A DNA stretch of 64,000 nt. Origin: Leptospiraceae bacterium. Its GTDB lineage: Bacteria > Spirochaetota > Leptospiria > Leptospirales > Leptonemataceae. The notes beneath the pieces are model-generated. The model had not been told where the DNA came from. It was given only the letters and a program-made list of their open reading frames with translations, and searched no databases. Below are positions 30,374 through 40,379 of the stretch, piece after piece. Positions within the stretch are counted from its first letter, which is position 1. Every line of letters starts with the position of its first letter. Where the stretch lies: NCBI GenBank assembly GCA_040217195.1, contig JAVJNR010000003.1, positions 576,001-640,000 on the forward strand, read 5' to 3'. Made by a program: the position numbers and the translations under genes.

Positions 30374-31171
30374 CTAATGCGGCATTTCTGTAGCTACGAT
30401 AATGGCAAATATTGCGGCCATTTTCATATGGAAGTCTTCGCCGGGCATATTATCTTCGATTTCCCAGCTTGGCCAGGATCCTCCATTTCGACTGACTTTC
30501 ATTTCTCCTTTCTTTCCGGAAATCACCCATTCATCAGTATCGCCACTCCATCTGGTGCGAACCTTCAGTCGATTGTAGGTGGAGTCGATTTTCCATTCAG
30601 TCAGCGAGGATGCTTCTGCGATAAGCTGGGTACCACCATAGCGATATTGCCACTTGGTCCACCATTCAGAGCCCTGAATACAGGTTAATACCTTTACATC
30701 CGGCCCCGGCAGTTCAATGTCCCAGCTCATATGTTGACCGGTGCCATCGGCGGTTAGTCGGCCCTTACCACCGGACAATTCAATGGACCAATCCTTCCAG
30801 TTGTCTGAGCCGGTAGATCTAGCTTCCAGTTCTCGAATGGTACCCGGTCCGGAATTATTGTTGGTAGTGGGCTTCTTTCGGGCCGAGGGATCCCGAAGTT
30901 TACAGTACTGAATTTCTGTATTCTCCGTATCGCCGTCATCATACTGTATGAATACGGAATTTCCGTTTCGTCTGGCAATTTTCCCCGGATAGTAATTTCC
31001 TACTTTCTGCCATTTGCACTGAACGGGTGTACCAACCTGAAAGGCATCTGCCAGCAACGGAGAACAAAAAATTGTGATCAGACCTGCCAACAACATCTGA
31101 GACGCTAGTTTTCCGGTTAATTTCTGAGGCCCTACTCCGGAGCCTGAGTCAGTAGAAGTAAAAAACATCAT
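30374..31171 (-). CDS. Secreted hypothetical protein with Tudor/Agenet-like domain and Trp-rich repeats
   Basis: FQVGTPVQCKW...YYPGKI...IQYDDGDTE; C-terminal repeated xxWxI strands. Confidence 0.6.
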   Translation of the reverse strand: MMFFTSTDSGSGVGPQKLTGKLASQMLLAGLITIFCSPLLADAFQVGTPVQCKWQKVGNYYPGKIARRNGNSVFIQYDDGDTENTEIQYCKLRDPSARKKPTTNNNSGPGTIRELEARSTGSDNWKDWSIELSGGKGRLTADGTGQHMSWDIELPGPDVKVLTCIQGSEWWTKWQYRYGGTQLIAEASSLTEWKIDSTYNRLKVRTRWSGDTDEWVISGKKGEMKVSRNGGSWPSWEIEDNMPGEDFHMKMAAIFAIIVATEMPH

Positions 31172-31272
31172 CGAATCCCCCTTCGCTTTCGCATCCGGGA
31201 GAATAAGAAACACCCACGTTACTGCAAGTGAAAAATGGATTTTATTTCCAATAAGAGATCCGTTGAGAGAAT

Positions 31273-32850
31273 CTAGTTTTTTTGCAAATTCGATTTCTGG
31301 GAAGATGGCTCTGTTCTGTGCCCCAGAAATCGCCCGCTCCAGGCGTAGCTCAGAGCGATGAGCGGAGTAATCCAGTTCAGGAAGGCAAAAGGAGCAAACA
31401 GAACTACCGGCGTCTGAAGAGTGGCCGCCATGAAGGCACCGCAGGTATTCCAGGGTACAAGGGCGGATGTAAGAGTGCCGCTGTCCTCCAGACTTCTTGA
31501 AAGAGTTAGTGCAGAAAGATTTCGCTTCTGATAGGCCTCTCTAAAAAAACGCCCGTTGATTACGATAGAAAGATATTGTTCTGATGTTACTACATTGGCA
31601 AAAATGCCGCCAAGTATAGTTCCGGTGACCAGGCCGCCGGCCGTTTTGATTCTTTTCAGTACGCTACTGGCAATGGATTGGATCATCCCTGATCCTTCCA
31701 TGGTACCCGCGAAAAACATGGCCGATAGAATAAGCCAGATAGTAGTTAGCATGGAACTCATTCCGCCACGATTGATTAGCTTATTCACTGCTACATCTTC
31801 TGTGCGAAAGGTAAGTCCATTGCTTGCTGCTTCCAGAATCGCTCCCACCATTCCTTTTTGATCCAACCATTGCAGGGCCGGTTGCTGAAAAAGAGCTGCG
31901 AACGCAGATCCCATGATTGTTCCTGTTAAAATGGCCGGAATGGCAGGCACCCTTTTATAGATCATCAAAAAGGTAAGTGCAGGAACCAGCAGTAACACTG
32001 GATGGATCCAAAATACAGTTTCCAGAGTTTCCACCGTTTTTCGCAGCTGATCCGGTGATGCGACGCTCTGACCAGAATAACCCAGACCCAGATAAACGAT
32101 CAAGCTCAGTAGTAGAGCAGGAGCCGTAGTATACACCATGTTTCGAATATGGGCGAATAGATCCACTCCTGCCATGGAAGCCGCAAGGTTTGTGGTCTCA
32201 GAAAAAGGAGACATCTTATCGCCAAAATAGGCACCGGAGACCACTGCACCGGCTGTCATGGCAGGATCCATGCCCAGGGCCTGGCCTACACCCACCAGGG
32301 CCACTCCTACAGTGCCTGCTGTTGACCAGGAACTTCCAGTAACAAGAGACACTAAAGCAGCCAGAATACAGGCAGAGAAAAAAAAGATAGATGGATTCAA
32401 TAAAGCGATGCCCCAGACGATAAGGGCCGGAACAACTCCTGAAAGGATCCAGACTCCAATCAGAGCACCTATTAGTAAAAGAATTAGTATGGCTGGAAGC
32501 ACCTCTGTAATGGTATTCAGTATACTGTTTTCTAATTTCTTCCATCCACCGGCCAGAGTGAACGGATGCAAAGCACTTGAATCCGGATAGTCTCGATCAG
32601 CAGGAACCTTCGCATTAACGCCCCCAGAGACAGCCTCATTCATACCATGGGAATCTACCGCATCCTTACCGTCTTCTCGCGCACGATAAAGACCATGAGC
32701 CAGAGACAGTAGTCCGGCGAAGAAACCTGCCAGTATGAGTACTACCTGGGACGGTCCCGAGGTTGCATCTTCGCCGGAAATCCATACTACAGAAAGCAAA
32801 CCGGCAATGAGGAAAAGTACCGGAATTAAGGAAAGCCACAATGAAGGCAT
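31273..32850 (-). CDS. nhaC: Na+/H+ antiporter NhaC family
   Basis: TGSSWSTAGTVG, SGAYFGDKMSPFSETTNLA, RGGMSSM, LSRSLEDSGT, LVPWNTCG. Confidence 0.93.
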   Translation of the reverse strand: MPSLWLSLIPVLFLIAGLLSVVWISGEDATSGPSQVVLILAGFFAGLLSLAHGLYRAREDGKDAVDSHGMNEAVSGGVNAKVPADRDYPDSSALHPFTLAGGWKKLENSILNTITEVLPAILILLLIGALIGVWILSGVVPALIVWGIALLNPSIFFFSACILAALVSLVTGSSWSTAGTVGVALVGVGQALGMDPAMTAGAVVSGAYFGDKMSPFSETTNLAASMAGVDLFAHIRNMVYTTAPALLLSLIVYLGLGYSGQSVASPDQLRKTVETLETVFWIHPVLLLVPALTFLMIYKRVPAIPAILTGTIMGSAFAALFQQPALQWLDQKGMVGAILEAASNGLTFRTEDVAVNKLINRGGMSSMLTTIWLILSAMFFAGTMEGSGMIQSIASSVLKRIKTAGGLVTGTILGGIFANVVTSEQYLSIVINGRFFREAYQKRNLSALTLSRSLEDSGTLTSALVPWNTCGAFMAATLQTPVVLFAPFAFLNWITPLIALSYAWSGRFLGHRTEPSSQKSNLQKN

Positions 32851-32859
32851 TCTAAACCC

Positions 32860-34242
32860 TTAAAGTCGATTTAGTCCATTTAGCGCGGCCACACGATAAG
32901 CTTCTGCCATCGTCGGATAGTTGAATGTTGTATGAACGAAATATTCCACGTCATTGCCGTTTCCTGGTTGCTCCATGATGGCCTGGCCAATGTGCAAAAT
33001 CTCTGCTGCCTGATACCCGAAGCAGTGTATGCCCAGAATTTCTCTGGTTTCTCTATGGAACAAGAGCTTTAGCATCCCAACTTCGTAGCCCGTTATCTGT
33101 GCACGAGCCAGGCTTTTAAAAAATGCATGGCCTACTTCGTAAGGAACCTTTTCTTCGGTGAGCTCTCGCTCTGTTTTACCCAGGGAACTGATTTCAGGAC
33201 TGGTGTAGATGCCGGTTGGAATCTTCTCTGGTAGCAAAGGCGGTAGATCCTCTCCAACAAGATGGGACACCGCGGCCCTTCCCTGATCGTAGGAGGCGCT
33301 GGCAAGACTGGGATAGCCCACGACATCGCCCACTGCATAGATATTGGACTTTGTAGTGAGGTAGTAATCGTCTGTTTTAATGTAGCCCCGATGATCAATC
33401 TCAAGGCCCAGACTCTCCAGACCCATATCGCCGGAATTACCGCTACGCCCATTGGCCCAGAAAAGCACATCGGATCGAATTTCTTTGCCGGACTTCAGCT
33501 GTAAAACCACGGAATCGGGCTCCGCGACCAGGTCTTCGAATTCCTCGTTGTGTCGTATTAGAACCCCTTGCTGACGCAAATGATAGCTCAATGCATCGAT
33601 TATCTCATCGTCCAGAAAGGATAGTAATTTATCCCTGGTATTGATGAGGTTCACTTTCATTCCCATGTTACGGAAGATTGAGGCGTACTCGCAGCCAATG
33701 ACTCCAGCACCGTAGATGGTGATGGTGCGTGGCGTTCGTTCCATTTCCAGTATTGTATCGCTATCTCGAATCAGTGCATGACTGAAATCAAGATTGTCCG
33801 GCCGGTACGGACGAGAGCCGGTGGCGATCACAAATGATTTTCCTTTTAGTTCTCTGGGAGCCCGATCTTCCGAATGCACTTCTATAGTATTGGAATCCAG
33901 GAATCTAGCCCTGCCCGTAAATCGATCCACATTGTTTCGATCATAGAAATCCTTTCGCATTTCAGATTGAGAACGAATAACTCCACGGGCGCTGCTTAGT
34001 AGTTCCGGCAACTCAAGCGTAAACTGATCCAGATGATTTCGAAAGAGTGGATTTCGACGAAATTCCACATAGTTGTGCATATACTGGCGCAGGGCCTTGC
34101 TGGGAATGGTGCCTTGATGGGTACAGCTTCCGCCTGGATCCTTTCTAGAATCTACAAGGGCGACCCTGAGGCCGCTCTTGGTACCTTTCATGGCGGCCCC
34201 TTCGCCTCCTGGGCCGCTTCCGACGACGATAAGATCGTACAT
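32860..34242 (-). CDS. sthA: Soluble (Si-specific) NAD(P)+ transhydrogenase
   Basis: [58 protein letters not shown]. Confidence 0.96.
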   Translation of the reverse strand: MYDLIVVGSGPGGEGAAMKGTKSGLRVALVDSRKDPGGSCTHQGTIPSKALRQYMHNYVEFRRNPLFRNHLDQFTLELPELLSSARGVIRSQSEMRKDFYDRNNVDRFTGRARFLDSNTIEVHSEDRAPRELKGKSFVIATGSRPYRPDNLDFSHALIRDSDTILEMERTPRTITIYGAGVIGCEYASIFRNMGMKVNLINTRDKLLSFLDDEIIDALSYHLRQQGVLIRHNEEFEDLVAEPDSVVLQLKSGKEIRSDVLFWANGRSGNSGDMGLESLGLEIDHRGYIKTDDYYLTTKSNIYAVGDVVGYPSLASASYDQGRAAVSHLVGEDLPPLLPEKIPTGIYTSPEISSLGKTERELTEEKVPYEVGHAFFKSLARAQITGYEVGMLKLLFHRETREILGIHCFGYQAAEILHIGQAIMEQPGNGNDVEYFVHTTFNYPTMAEAYRVAALNGLNRL

Positions 34243-34247
34243 CGAAT

Positions 34248-35360
34248 TTAGAATTCTATACCAGATACCTGACTTTCTGGATAAGCTACCTGTCCATTGA
34301 GAGTATAAACGTAATAGGTTCCACCTACCTGAATGACAACTCCAGAAACACGAGCTCCATTGTTCAGGACCAGGGTCTCGGAAGGCTTATTGAATACCTT
34401 TTCAATTCGCTTCATCAGCTTTCCCTGGTTCTGGTTATTCCTTTCGGTTACAACCTGGGAAACATCATCGCCTTTTAGCTTTTCCTTTTCGATGCGAATC
34501 AGCTCATTGTATTCTTCCAGTTTTTCCTTTTTCAAAGGCTCAGGAATATCCTCCGGCACTACAGGAGTGGTTTGTTCAACCGCTTTCCTGATCGATTCCT
34601 CTTTTGGAGCTACAGACTCATCCAGAGTTCTGGCCACTTCCTGGGCCTTTTTGGGATCTCCGCTGGATTGAGCTTCCATGGCCTTTCTGGCAGCTTCCTC
34701 TACTTCCGGGGAAACCTTCACTGCTTGAATCTCAATCTTTTTGCCTGGTTCAAGTACTACTTCTTTTTGCTTCAATCCTTCTACAGAGTCGTGAACTATG
34801 CGAGATCGCTCTCTTACATCTGGAGGTAAGTTCTCCAGAGCAGGAATCCTGGGCCGACTGGATACTTTTCCTTCCAGAACTTCGATAGAGGTGGAATCCG
34901 CATTTACAGAAACTTCAAATTTGGTTCCTCGAACCGAAGCGACCGCAGTAGGACTGGTGGTGCGAAAATCCTCACCTTGAGTGATCTTATCCAGATCAAA
35001 CATTCCATTTCCCTTCTTAAGTTCGGCCAGAATTTCTTTCTTCTCACCGAACTGTCGGCCAGAAAGTGTAAGCTCGGAATTCGATTTGAGGCGAATCATG
35101 GCAGATGTTTCGCTACCCCTTACCTGTAGATCGCAAAAACTGTTGGGACCTGTTTTCAATAGTTGGCCGGACTTTATTATGGATCCTGATCGAATCGCCT
35201 GGCCATCGGCACTGACCTGACCGGTAGCCAGCAATACCACAGCGGTAACATCCATTTCCTGGCCCGGTTCTGGTAAATCGCTACCGGACTCAAATAGCCC
35301 ACATCCTAAAGAAACGGTAAAAGCAAATAATGACGAAATGGCCATCAAACGAGAAAGCAT
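34248..35360 (-). CDS. FecR-domain lipoprotein (LipL45-like)
   Basis: Lipobox [37 protein letters not shown]-terminal ETLVLNNG domain. Confidence 0.8.
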   Translation of the reverse strand: MLSRLMAISSLFAFTVSLGCGLFESGSDLPEPGQEMDVTAVVLLATGQVSADGQAIRSGSIIKSGQLLKTGPNSFCDLQVRGSETSAMIRLKSNSELTLSGRQFGEKKEILAELKKGNGMFDLDKITQGEDFRTTSPTAVASVRGTKFEVSVNADSTSIEVLEGKVSSRPRIPALENLPPDVRERSRIVHDSVEGLKQKEVVLEPGKKIEIQAVKVSPEVEEAARKAMEAQSSGDPKKAQEVARTLDESVAPKEESIRKAVEQTTPVVPEDIPEPLKKEKLEEYNELIRIEKEKLKGDDVSQVVTERNNQNQGKLMKRIEKVFNKPSETLVLNNGARVSGVVIQVGGTYYVYTLNGQVAYPESQVSGIEF

Positions 35361-35538
35361 AGATTACTCCTGGCAGGCATAGGTTCCCTGCTCAACCACG
35401 AGTAAGGCCAATCCCCTAAAGGAATCAAGAAGAAAAATACTTGTTTACGAAAGGCCTCACGGGCTAAGCAGTCACGATCGCTCAAGCACAATGGGCAGCC
35501 TTGTTGTCCAAGTCAAGGTGGTTGAGAGGAGGAAACAG

Positions 35539-35844
35539 TTGAAAAAATCGATCCTATTTATTGTAGCGTCGCTATTTTTGCTTGGTAGCTGCGCAAGTGG
35601 TGGCATTGGACCTCAGGGAGGCATCTTTACCAGTACAACGATTGGAATCTATGGCACATCTCCTAACGGAACTCAAAGAGGGGAAGCCTGTGCTCAGAGC
35701 TATTTTGGTCTGGTAGCACTTGGTGATGCATCCGTTGGTGCTGCAGCCAATGCAGGGGGCATCAGCTCTGTTCAATCCATTGACATCGAAGTATTTAGCC
35801 TGCTGGTATACGCTCAGGCCTGCACCGTAGTCAGGGGGAACTAA
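35539..35844 (+). CDS. TRL-like family lipoprotein
   Basis: AGGAGG + TTG start; LGSC lipobox; GEACAQSYFGLVALGDAS...GGI...CTVVRG. Confidence 0.85.
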   Translation: MKKSILFIVASLFLLGSCASGGIGPQGGIFTSTTIGIYGTSPNGTQRGEACAQSYFGLVALGDASVGAAANAGGISSVQSIDIEVFSLLVYAQACTVVRGN

Positions 35845-36167
35845 TGCGAATCCAGACACTGATTTTGACGGGAGCCCTGGTTCTGATGATGCCAGCATGT
35901 TTTGCAACTCAGTTCGGGATTCCCTCATTTGTGAATATAATCAATAATGGAGGGGTAGGACGCTCGGGTAATGCAGAGTCGCCTGACATGGTCACCGGTA
36001 AAGCCTGCGCCACCAGTTATCTTGGTTATTTTGCCATTGGCGACGCTTCGGTTCGGGCCGCTGCTCGTGAAGAAGGAATCAATGAAATCGCCAGCGTAAG
36101 CCACACTACAGAAGGTGCTCTTGGTATTATGGCCGAGTATTGCACCATCGTAAGGGGGTGGAAATGA
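35844..36167 (+). CDS. TRL-like family protein
   Basis: GKACATSYLGYFAIGDAS...GI...CTIVRG; TAATG coupling with upstream gene. Confidence 0.85.
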   Translation: MRIQTLILTGALVLMMPACFATQFGIPSFVNIINNGGVGRSGNAESPDMVTGKACATSYLGYFAIGDASVRAAAREEGINEIASVSHTTEGALGIMAEYCTIVRGWK

Positions 36168-36706
36168 AATTAGCAAAAAACCTGGTACGCATATCCATGC
36201 TGGCTATTGCCTCTAGCCTCTTTGCCCAGTGTATGTTCATTGGACATCCAGCAGGCCAGGGGCCTATGGGTGGGTTGTTTCAGCAAACAACTATCGCGGG
36301 AAGTGGCAACGACTTGACCATCCCACAGACCCATGTCGGTGAAGCCTGCACGAAGAGAATCTTTCTGTATTTCATTGGCTGGACCTGGGATGAAGCAACC
36401 GTAGCGGCTGCCGCTGAAAATGGCGGAGTAACTAGAATCAGCACTGTGGATACAACTCAGCTAAATGTTCTGACGATCTACTCGCAGCAATGTACAATTG
36501 TGAAAGGCGATAACAAGAATGTTAGCCGCGGAAATACAAACAGACCTGGTCCTGGTTTCAGCGATACTGTGATCATGCGAGATGGCACGGTACACCGAAA
36601 CGTAAAGACTATTATTCAGGGCAACCTAATAAACATAATCAAACCTGATGGAACAAGTCTTACTGTTCCTAAAACTCAGGTTCGAACGGTCCGAAAAGGA
36701 CGATAA
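36164..36706 (+). CDS. TRL-like family protein with extra C-terminal small beta domain
   Basis: GEACTKRI...GGV...CTIVKG; then DTVIMRDG...VPKTQVRTV. Confidence 0.8.
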   Translation: MKLAKNLVRISMLAIASSLFAQCMFIGHPAGQGPMGGLFQQTTIAGSGNDLTIPQTHVGEACTKRIFLYFIGWTWDEATVAAAAENGGVTRISTVDTTQLNVLTIYSQQCTIVKGDNKNVSRGNTNRPGPGFSDTVIMRDGTVHRNVKTIIQGNLINIIKPDGTSLTVPKTQVRTVRKGR

Positions 36707-36716
36707 CCTCAATCAG

Positions 36717-36744
36717 ACAGGGCCTCTGGGCCCTGTTCCTTTCT
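36717..36744 (+). terminator. Probable intrinsic terminator after the TRL cluster
   Basis: ACAGGGCC-TCTG-GGCCCTGT stem followed by TCCTTTCT. Confidence 0.6.
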
Positions 36745-36790
36745 GCCATTCAATCTGTATCATTACACCCCTGGATAGTTTAACCTGGCA

Positions 36791-37732
36791 TTAGCCGGAT
36801 ACCCAGCCCTCAAATACGATATTGGCCGGACCCTTCATCTGAATTCGACCTTTTTGTAGCGAAAGCTCCAGCTGACCTCCGCGGAGCTCTACAGTGAGTT
36901 CGTCTATTTCATTACCCTCCAAAAGCGCTTTCGCACGGGCCGCTATGAAAGCTGCACAGGCACCGCTTCCACAACTCAGGGTTTCTCCTGAGCCGCGTTC
37001 AAAGGTTCGCTGCCGTATGGTAGTCTGGTCCTTCCATTCAATGAACTCTACATTGACTCTTTCTGGAAAAGCCGGATGATGCTCCAGCCCCGGGCCCAGC
37101 GCTCGTAAATCCAGACCGTCCAGGCCACCGAGTTCATGCTCTTCTAGATCAATGACGAAATGCGGATTTCCCATAGATAGGGTATAACCCTGCCAGCTAT
37201 TGTTTTCCGATTCAATTTGTATCCTGGCAGGAATGATCCTTCCTTTCTCAGACTCTCTTAGCAGGGACGCCTGGACCTGGGCAAATGGAATCAGATCTGT
37301 ATTCAGGAGAGGAGGCCCCATATCCACTGATATCAGAAACTCTTCTGCGGACTCTTCAAGATTACATTCGTAGGTATGATCCCCCGTTTCCAGAAAAAAG
37401 TGGAAGCGTCTGGATTCCCGGTGCATCAATAGAGCCACACTTCGAAGCGCATTTCCACACATATGCGAAGGGCTTCCATCGCCGTTCCACATGTACATCC
37501 TGGCAGCCGAATCTCCCGTGGGAGGAGCGACCAGCACCACACCATCGCCACCAATTCCAAAGTGTCGGTCACTGATCCGTCGGATATTGGACTCTGTTAG
37601 CCAGTGAAGAATCTCATCGGTTCTTTTTCGGTCAAAGTCTCCCGTAGAACTTAAATAGGGGCCGAAATAGACATAGTCATTTCCGGTTGCTTCCATTTTG
37701 CGAAAGTGGATTGGCTCATGGGCATTTCGCAT
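36791..37732 (-). CDS. dapF: Diaminopimelate epimerase
   Basis: KMEATGNDY, DRHFGIGGDG, MCGNALR, MGNPH, FERGSGETLSCGSGACA. Confidence 0.95.
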   Translation of the reverse strand: MRNAHEPIHFRKMEATGNDYVYFGPYLSSTGDFDRKRTDEILHWLTESNIRRISDRHFGIGGDGVVLVAPPTGDSAARMYMWNGDGSPSHMCGNALRSVALLMHRESRRFHFFLETGDHTYECNLEESAEEFLISVDMGPPLLNTDLIPFAQVQASLLRESEKGRIIPARIQIESENNSWQGYTLSMGNPHFVIDLEEHELGGLDGLDLRALGPGLEHHPAFPERVNVEFIEWKDQTTIRQRTFERGSGETLSCGSGACAAFIAARAKALLEGNEIDELTVELRGGQLELSLQKGRIQMKGPANIVFEGWVSG

Positions 37733-37843
37733 GCTGTCAATTGAATAGCAAAATCCGAAAAAGAAAGACATTTTTGGCCCGGGTAAGGCTGCTTCCTGTA
37801 CTAATTTGTAGAACGCCTATTTGGATTCAAACAGTAAAGGGTT

Positions 37844-38905
37844 ATGAAGCCTGCCGAAGTCAATACCGCCAAGCCAGACCTGGAAGATGCCTATCAAAGA
37901 TACCAGACTCACCGATGCACAGATAGCTTCGTTTCCGAATCCTTCTTATGGATGATGAGCTACTCTCGCCGGTTAAATGCAGATCCGGATCTTTGCCAGG
38001 ATTTTCTGCTGCAATTTGTGGAAAAGCTACCCCGCTTTCTTGACTCCTTTTCCAGACGCCCACGTTCAAGATTCACCGGATATCTGGCCCGATGTATGCG
38101 CTTTGACTTCATGAATTTTATCCGAAAAGTGAAGAAATATGAGCCTGCTCAGTGTGATCTGCCGGTGGAGAATTTCAGATATGTACAGGACCAAACCACC
38201 AGTTGGAACTCCTCTTTGAGTTTTGCCTTGCAACAGGTGCGGCCCTCACACAGAATCCCGGTGAAGATACAGTGCGGATGGCCATTGAACCTGGCAGAGC
38301 TAAGACATTTAACTCTCCGCCATGGTGTTCAGAATGCTTCTGAGCTTCTTCGCGTATTTCAGCTCAGACTGCGCCATCAGGAGGAATGGAAGCGAAGGCA
38401 TAAACATAAGATGAGCCTTTATTTTGACAGATTGCATCGGGGGCACAGAGGCAGAGATTACCGGGGCATCCGTCGTAGGCTGGAACATGAGCGCCAAAGG
38501 GGGTCTTCCACTGTCATGAGTCTCCGAGAGATCTCAAGCTATTTGAATGTGAGCAAGGCAGCCCTTCATCGGCGGGTGGCCATGGGACGGCGGGCTCTCA
38601 GAGCCCTTCTTCAGCAATTGCCCGAAAGCGCTCCATCCGTTCCAGGCTCTCTGGATGCTGGCTTTCTGGGAAACCCCTATCCCAGGGTCCTGTATCAATT
38701 CACGGCGGTGCAAGATCGATATTTCCTGGTGGTGGAGCCTGTAAAAAATCTTGAACCTGTGGGGATTTCGCTTTACAGTCAAAATAGACTATGCTATAAC
38801 CTTGGTCTTTCAGGTGCACTTGCATTCCCGTTGCACCTTTTTGTACCCGGGAAATATTTGCTAGAGACAGCCGGGGAAATGCTAAGGTTCAAATTATCCG
38901 TATGA
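37844..38905 (+). CDS. Putative divergent sigma-70-family factor with C-terminal extension
   Basis: Region-2-like DLCQDFLL...FTGYL...FMNFIRK; region-4-like HTH MSLREISSYLNVSKAALHRRV. Confidence 0.55.
   Translation: MKPAEVNTAKPDLEDAYQRYQTHRCTDSFVSESFLWMMSYSRRLNADPDLCQDFLLQFVEKLPRFLDSFSRRPRSRFTGYLARCMRFDFMNFIRKVKKYEPAQCDLPVENFRYVQDQTTSWNSSLSFALQQVRPSHRIPVKIQCGWPLNLAELRHLTLRHGVQNASELLRVFQLRLRHQEEWKRRHKHKMSLYFDRLHRGHRGRDYRGIRRRLEHERQRGSSTVMSLREISSYLNVSKAALHRRVAMGRRALRALLQQLPESAPSVPGSLDAGFLGNPYPRVLYQFTAVQDRYFLVVEPVKNLEPVGISLYSQNRLCYNLGLSGALAFPLHLFVPGKYLLETAGEMLRFKLSV
38772..38800 (+). promoter_or_regulatory. Sigma70-type promoter internal to the upstream ORF, ahead of the STAS gene
   Basis: TTTACA-N17-TATAAC with extended -10 TG. 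Confidence 0.55.
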
Positions 38906-39243
38906 AAGTAAAGGTTACCACCAGGGGCGAAGTGAACATCGTTAAGATCGAAGGAGCCATCAAGTCAGGGGACGAGTATAACCTGGCCGAAAAGATGGAG
39001 AAGTACATCAAGCCCAACGCAGCACCCAAATTCATTATCGATATGAAGAAAGTGCCCTTCATCAACTCAGCAGCCCTGGGTTTGTTTCTTAACATTTTTA
39101 AGCATGTGGACTACCTTAAAGGCCGCATGGTATTCGCCGGGCTCAATTCTGACGTAGAAAATCTAATGGAAATAACCAAGCTTACTTCCGTTTTTGAGAT
39201 CTTCAAATCCGTAGAAGAGGCCCTGGAAAGTTACGATTTCTAA
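38902..39243 (+). CDS. STAS-domain anti-sigma-factor antagonist
   Basis: IIDMKKVPFINSAALG, LMEITKL, EEAL. Confidence 0.92.
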   Translation: MKVKVTTRGEVNIVKIEGAIKSGDEYNLAEKMEKYIKPNAAPKFIIDMKKVPFINSAALGLFLNIFKHVDYLKGRMVFAGLNSDVENLMEITKLTSVFEIFKSVEEALESYDF

Positions 39244-39336
39244 TTGGTGCCGGCGCAGGCTACTTCGGTGGCGCTACTATGGGCCCTGGCCTGGCAGATG
39301 CTCCTTTCAGGATTTTGCACCCGCTAGACTACCCTT

Positions 39337-40272
39337 CTATTTGAAGAAAAACCGACCGCTTGCTGGATCGTAATAAAGCCTACCACTGCCCGGTGAATTG
39401 TCATTTCCTGGAGGCCCGTCCTCTGGAGGTTTTCGATTGGGCTCCTCGAATCGATCTGTCTCTCCCATGGGATTGATTTCTTTAACTCTCCTGCCTTCTG
39501 GCGGGGCTCCAGGGCCAGCGGCCCCGGATTGACGCTGTCGCATTAACTCCTGCATCATTCTAAGAACCTGTTCTTCAGGCCCGGTGGTATGGGATGGTCC
39601 CGTCCTTCGGGAACCGCCCATGCGAAACCCGCCACCCACATCTGGTCCAGGGTCCATCCGCTCCTCTTTGGAGGGAGCCAGAGCAAGCCAGGTAAAAAGC
39701 ACTCCACCAATGAGCCCACCAAGATGTCCAAGGTGTGAAAGCCCTTGGGCCTGGCTCGTCAGGGCCAGCAAAAGGGATCCGACCCCAAAAATAATGGCTG
39801 CAGTGCGGGCTTTCACCGGAAAAAAGAAAAGTAATAGCTTGGCTCTCGGAAAGAACACAGCCAGGGCTCCCAGCAGACCCACGACCGCCCCGGATGCACC
39901 AATGGTTGGATTCCCAAGGTCACTTTGAAAGGCCACTACGAATAAGGCCCCCATGAGGCCAGATACAAAATACAGCACAAAGAATTTCGCGGATCCAACC
40001 TTGTGTTCGATGGGAGAGCCCAGAGACCACAGCGCGATCATATTAAAGGCGATATGAATAATGTTCCCATGAAGGAACATACTGCTAACAGGCTGCCATA
40101 CGGAACCGGTCCAGAAATCCACAGGCACCAGCCCAAAAACCTGAAATACCTGGTGACCAACGCTACCCGGACTAAATGCTATAAATTCGCCGGATAAGAG
40201 ACAGAGCGCAAGGTGAATCGCCACATTGATTCCAACCAGGGTCCGGGTCACAGGTGCTCGAAAAACACTCAT
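39337..40272 (-). CDS. Rhomboid-family intramembrane serine protease
   Basis: WQPVSSMFLHG..HIAFNM, GASG, HLGHLGG; Pro/Gly-rich C-terminal tail. Confidence 0.93.
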   Translation of the reverse strand: MSVFRAPVTRTLVGINVAIHLALCLLSGEFIAFSPGSVGHQVFQVFGLVPVDFWTGSVWQPVSSMFLHGNIIHIAFNMIALWSLGSPIEHKVGSAKFFVLYFVSGLMGALFVVAFQSDLGNPTIGASGAVVGLLGALAVFFPRAKLLLFFFPVKARTAAIIFGVGSLLLALTSQAQGLSHLGHLGGLIGGVLFTWLALAPSKEERMDPGPDVGGGFRMGGSRRTGPSHTTGPEEQVLRMMQELMRQRQSGAAGPGAPPEGRRVKEINPMGETDRFEEPNRKPPEDGPPGNDNSPGSGRLYYDPASGRFFFK

Positions 40273-40379
40273 TGCTTCCAGAAAAGTCAGGATATCGCCA
40301 ATCACAAATAAAAATTACGAAAATTTCACTCTTCCGTTTGCATTTGACACCTGCCCGGCGCGATAACACAGAGAAAACC

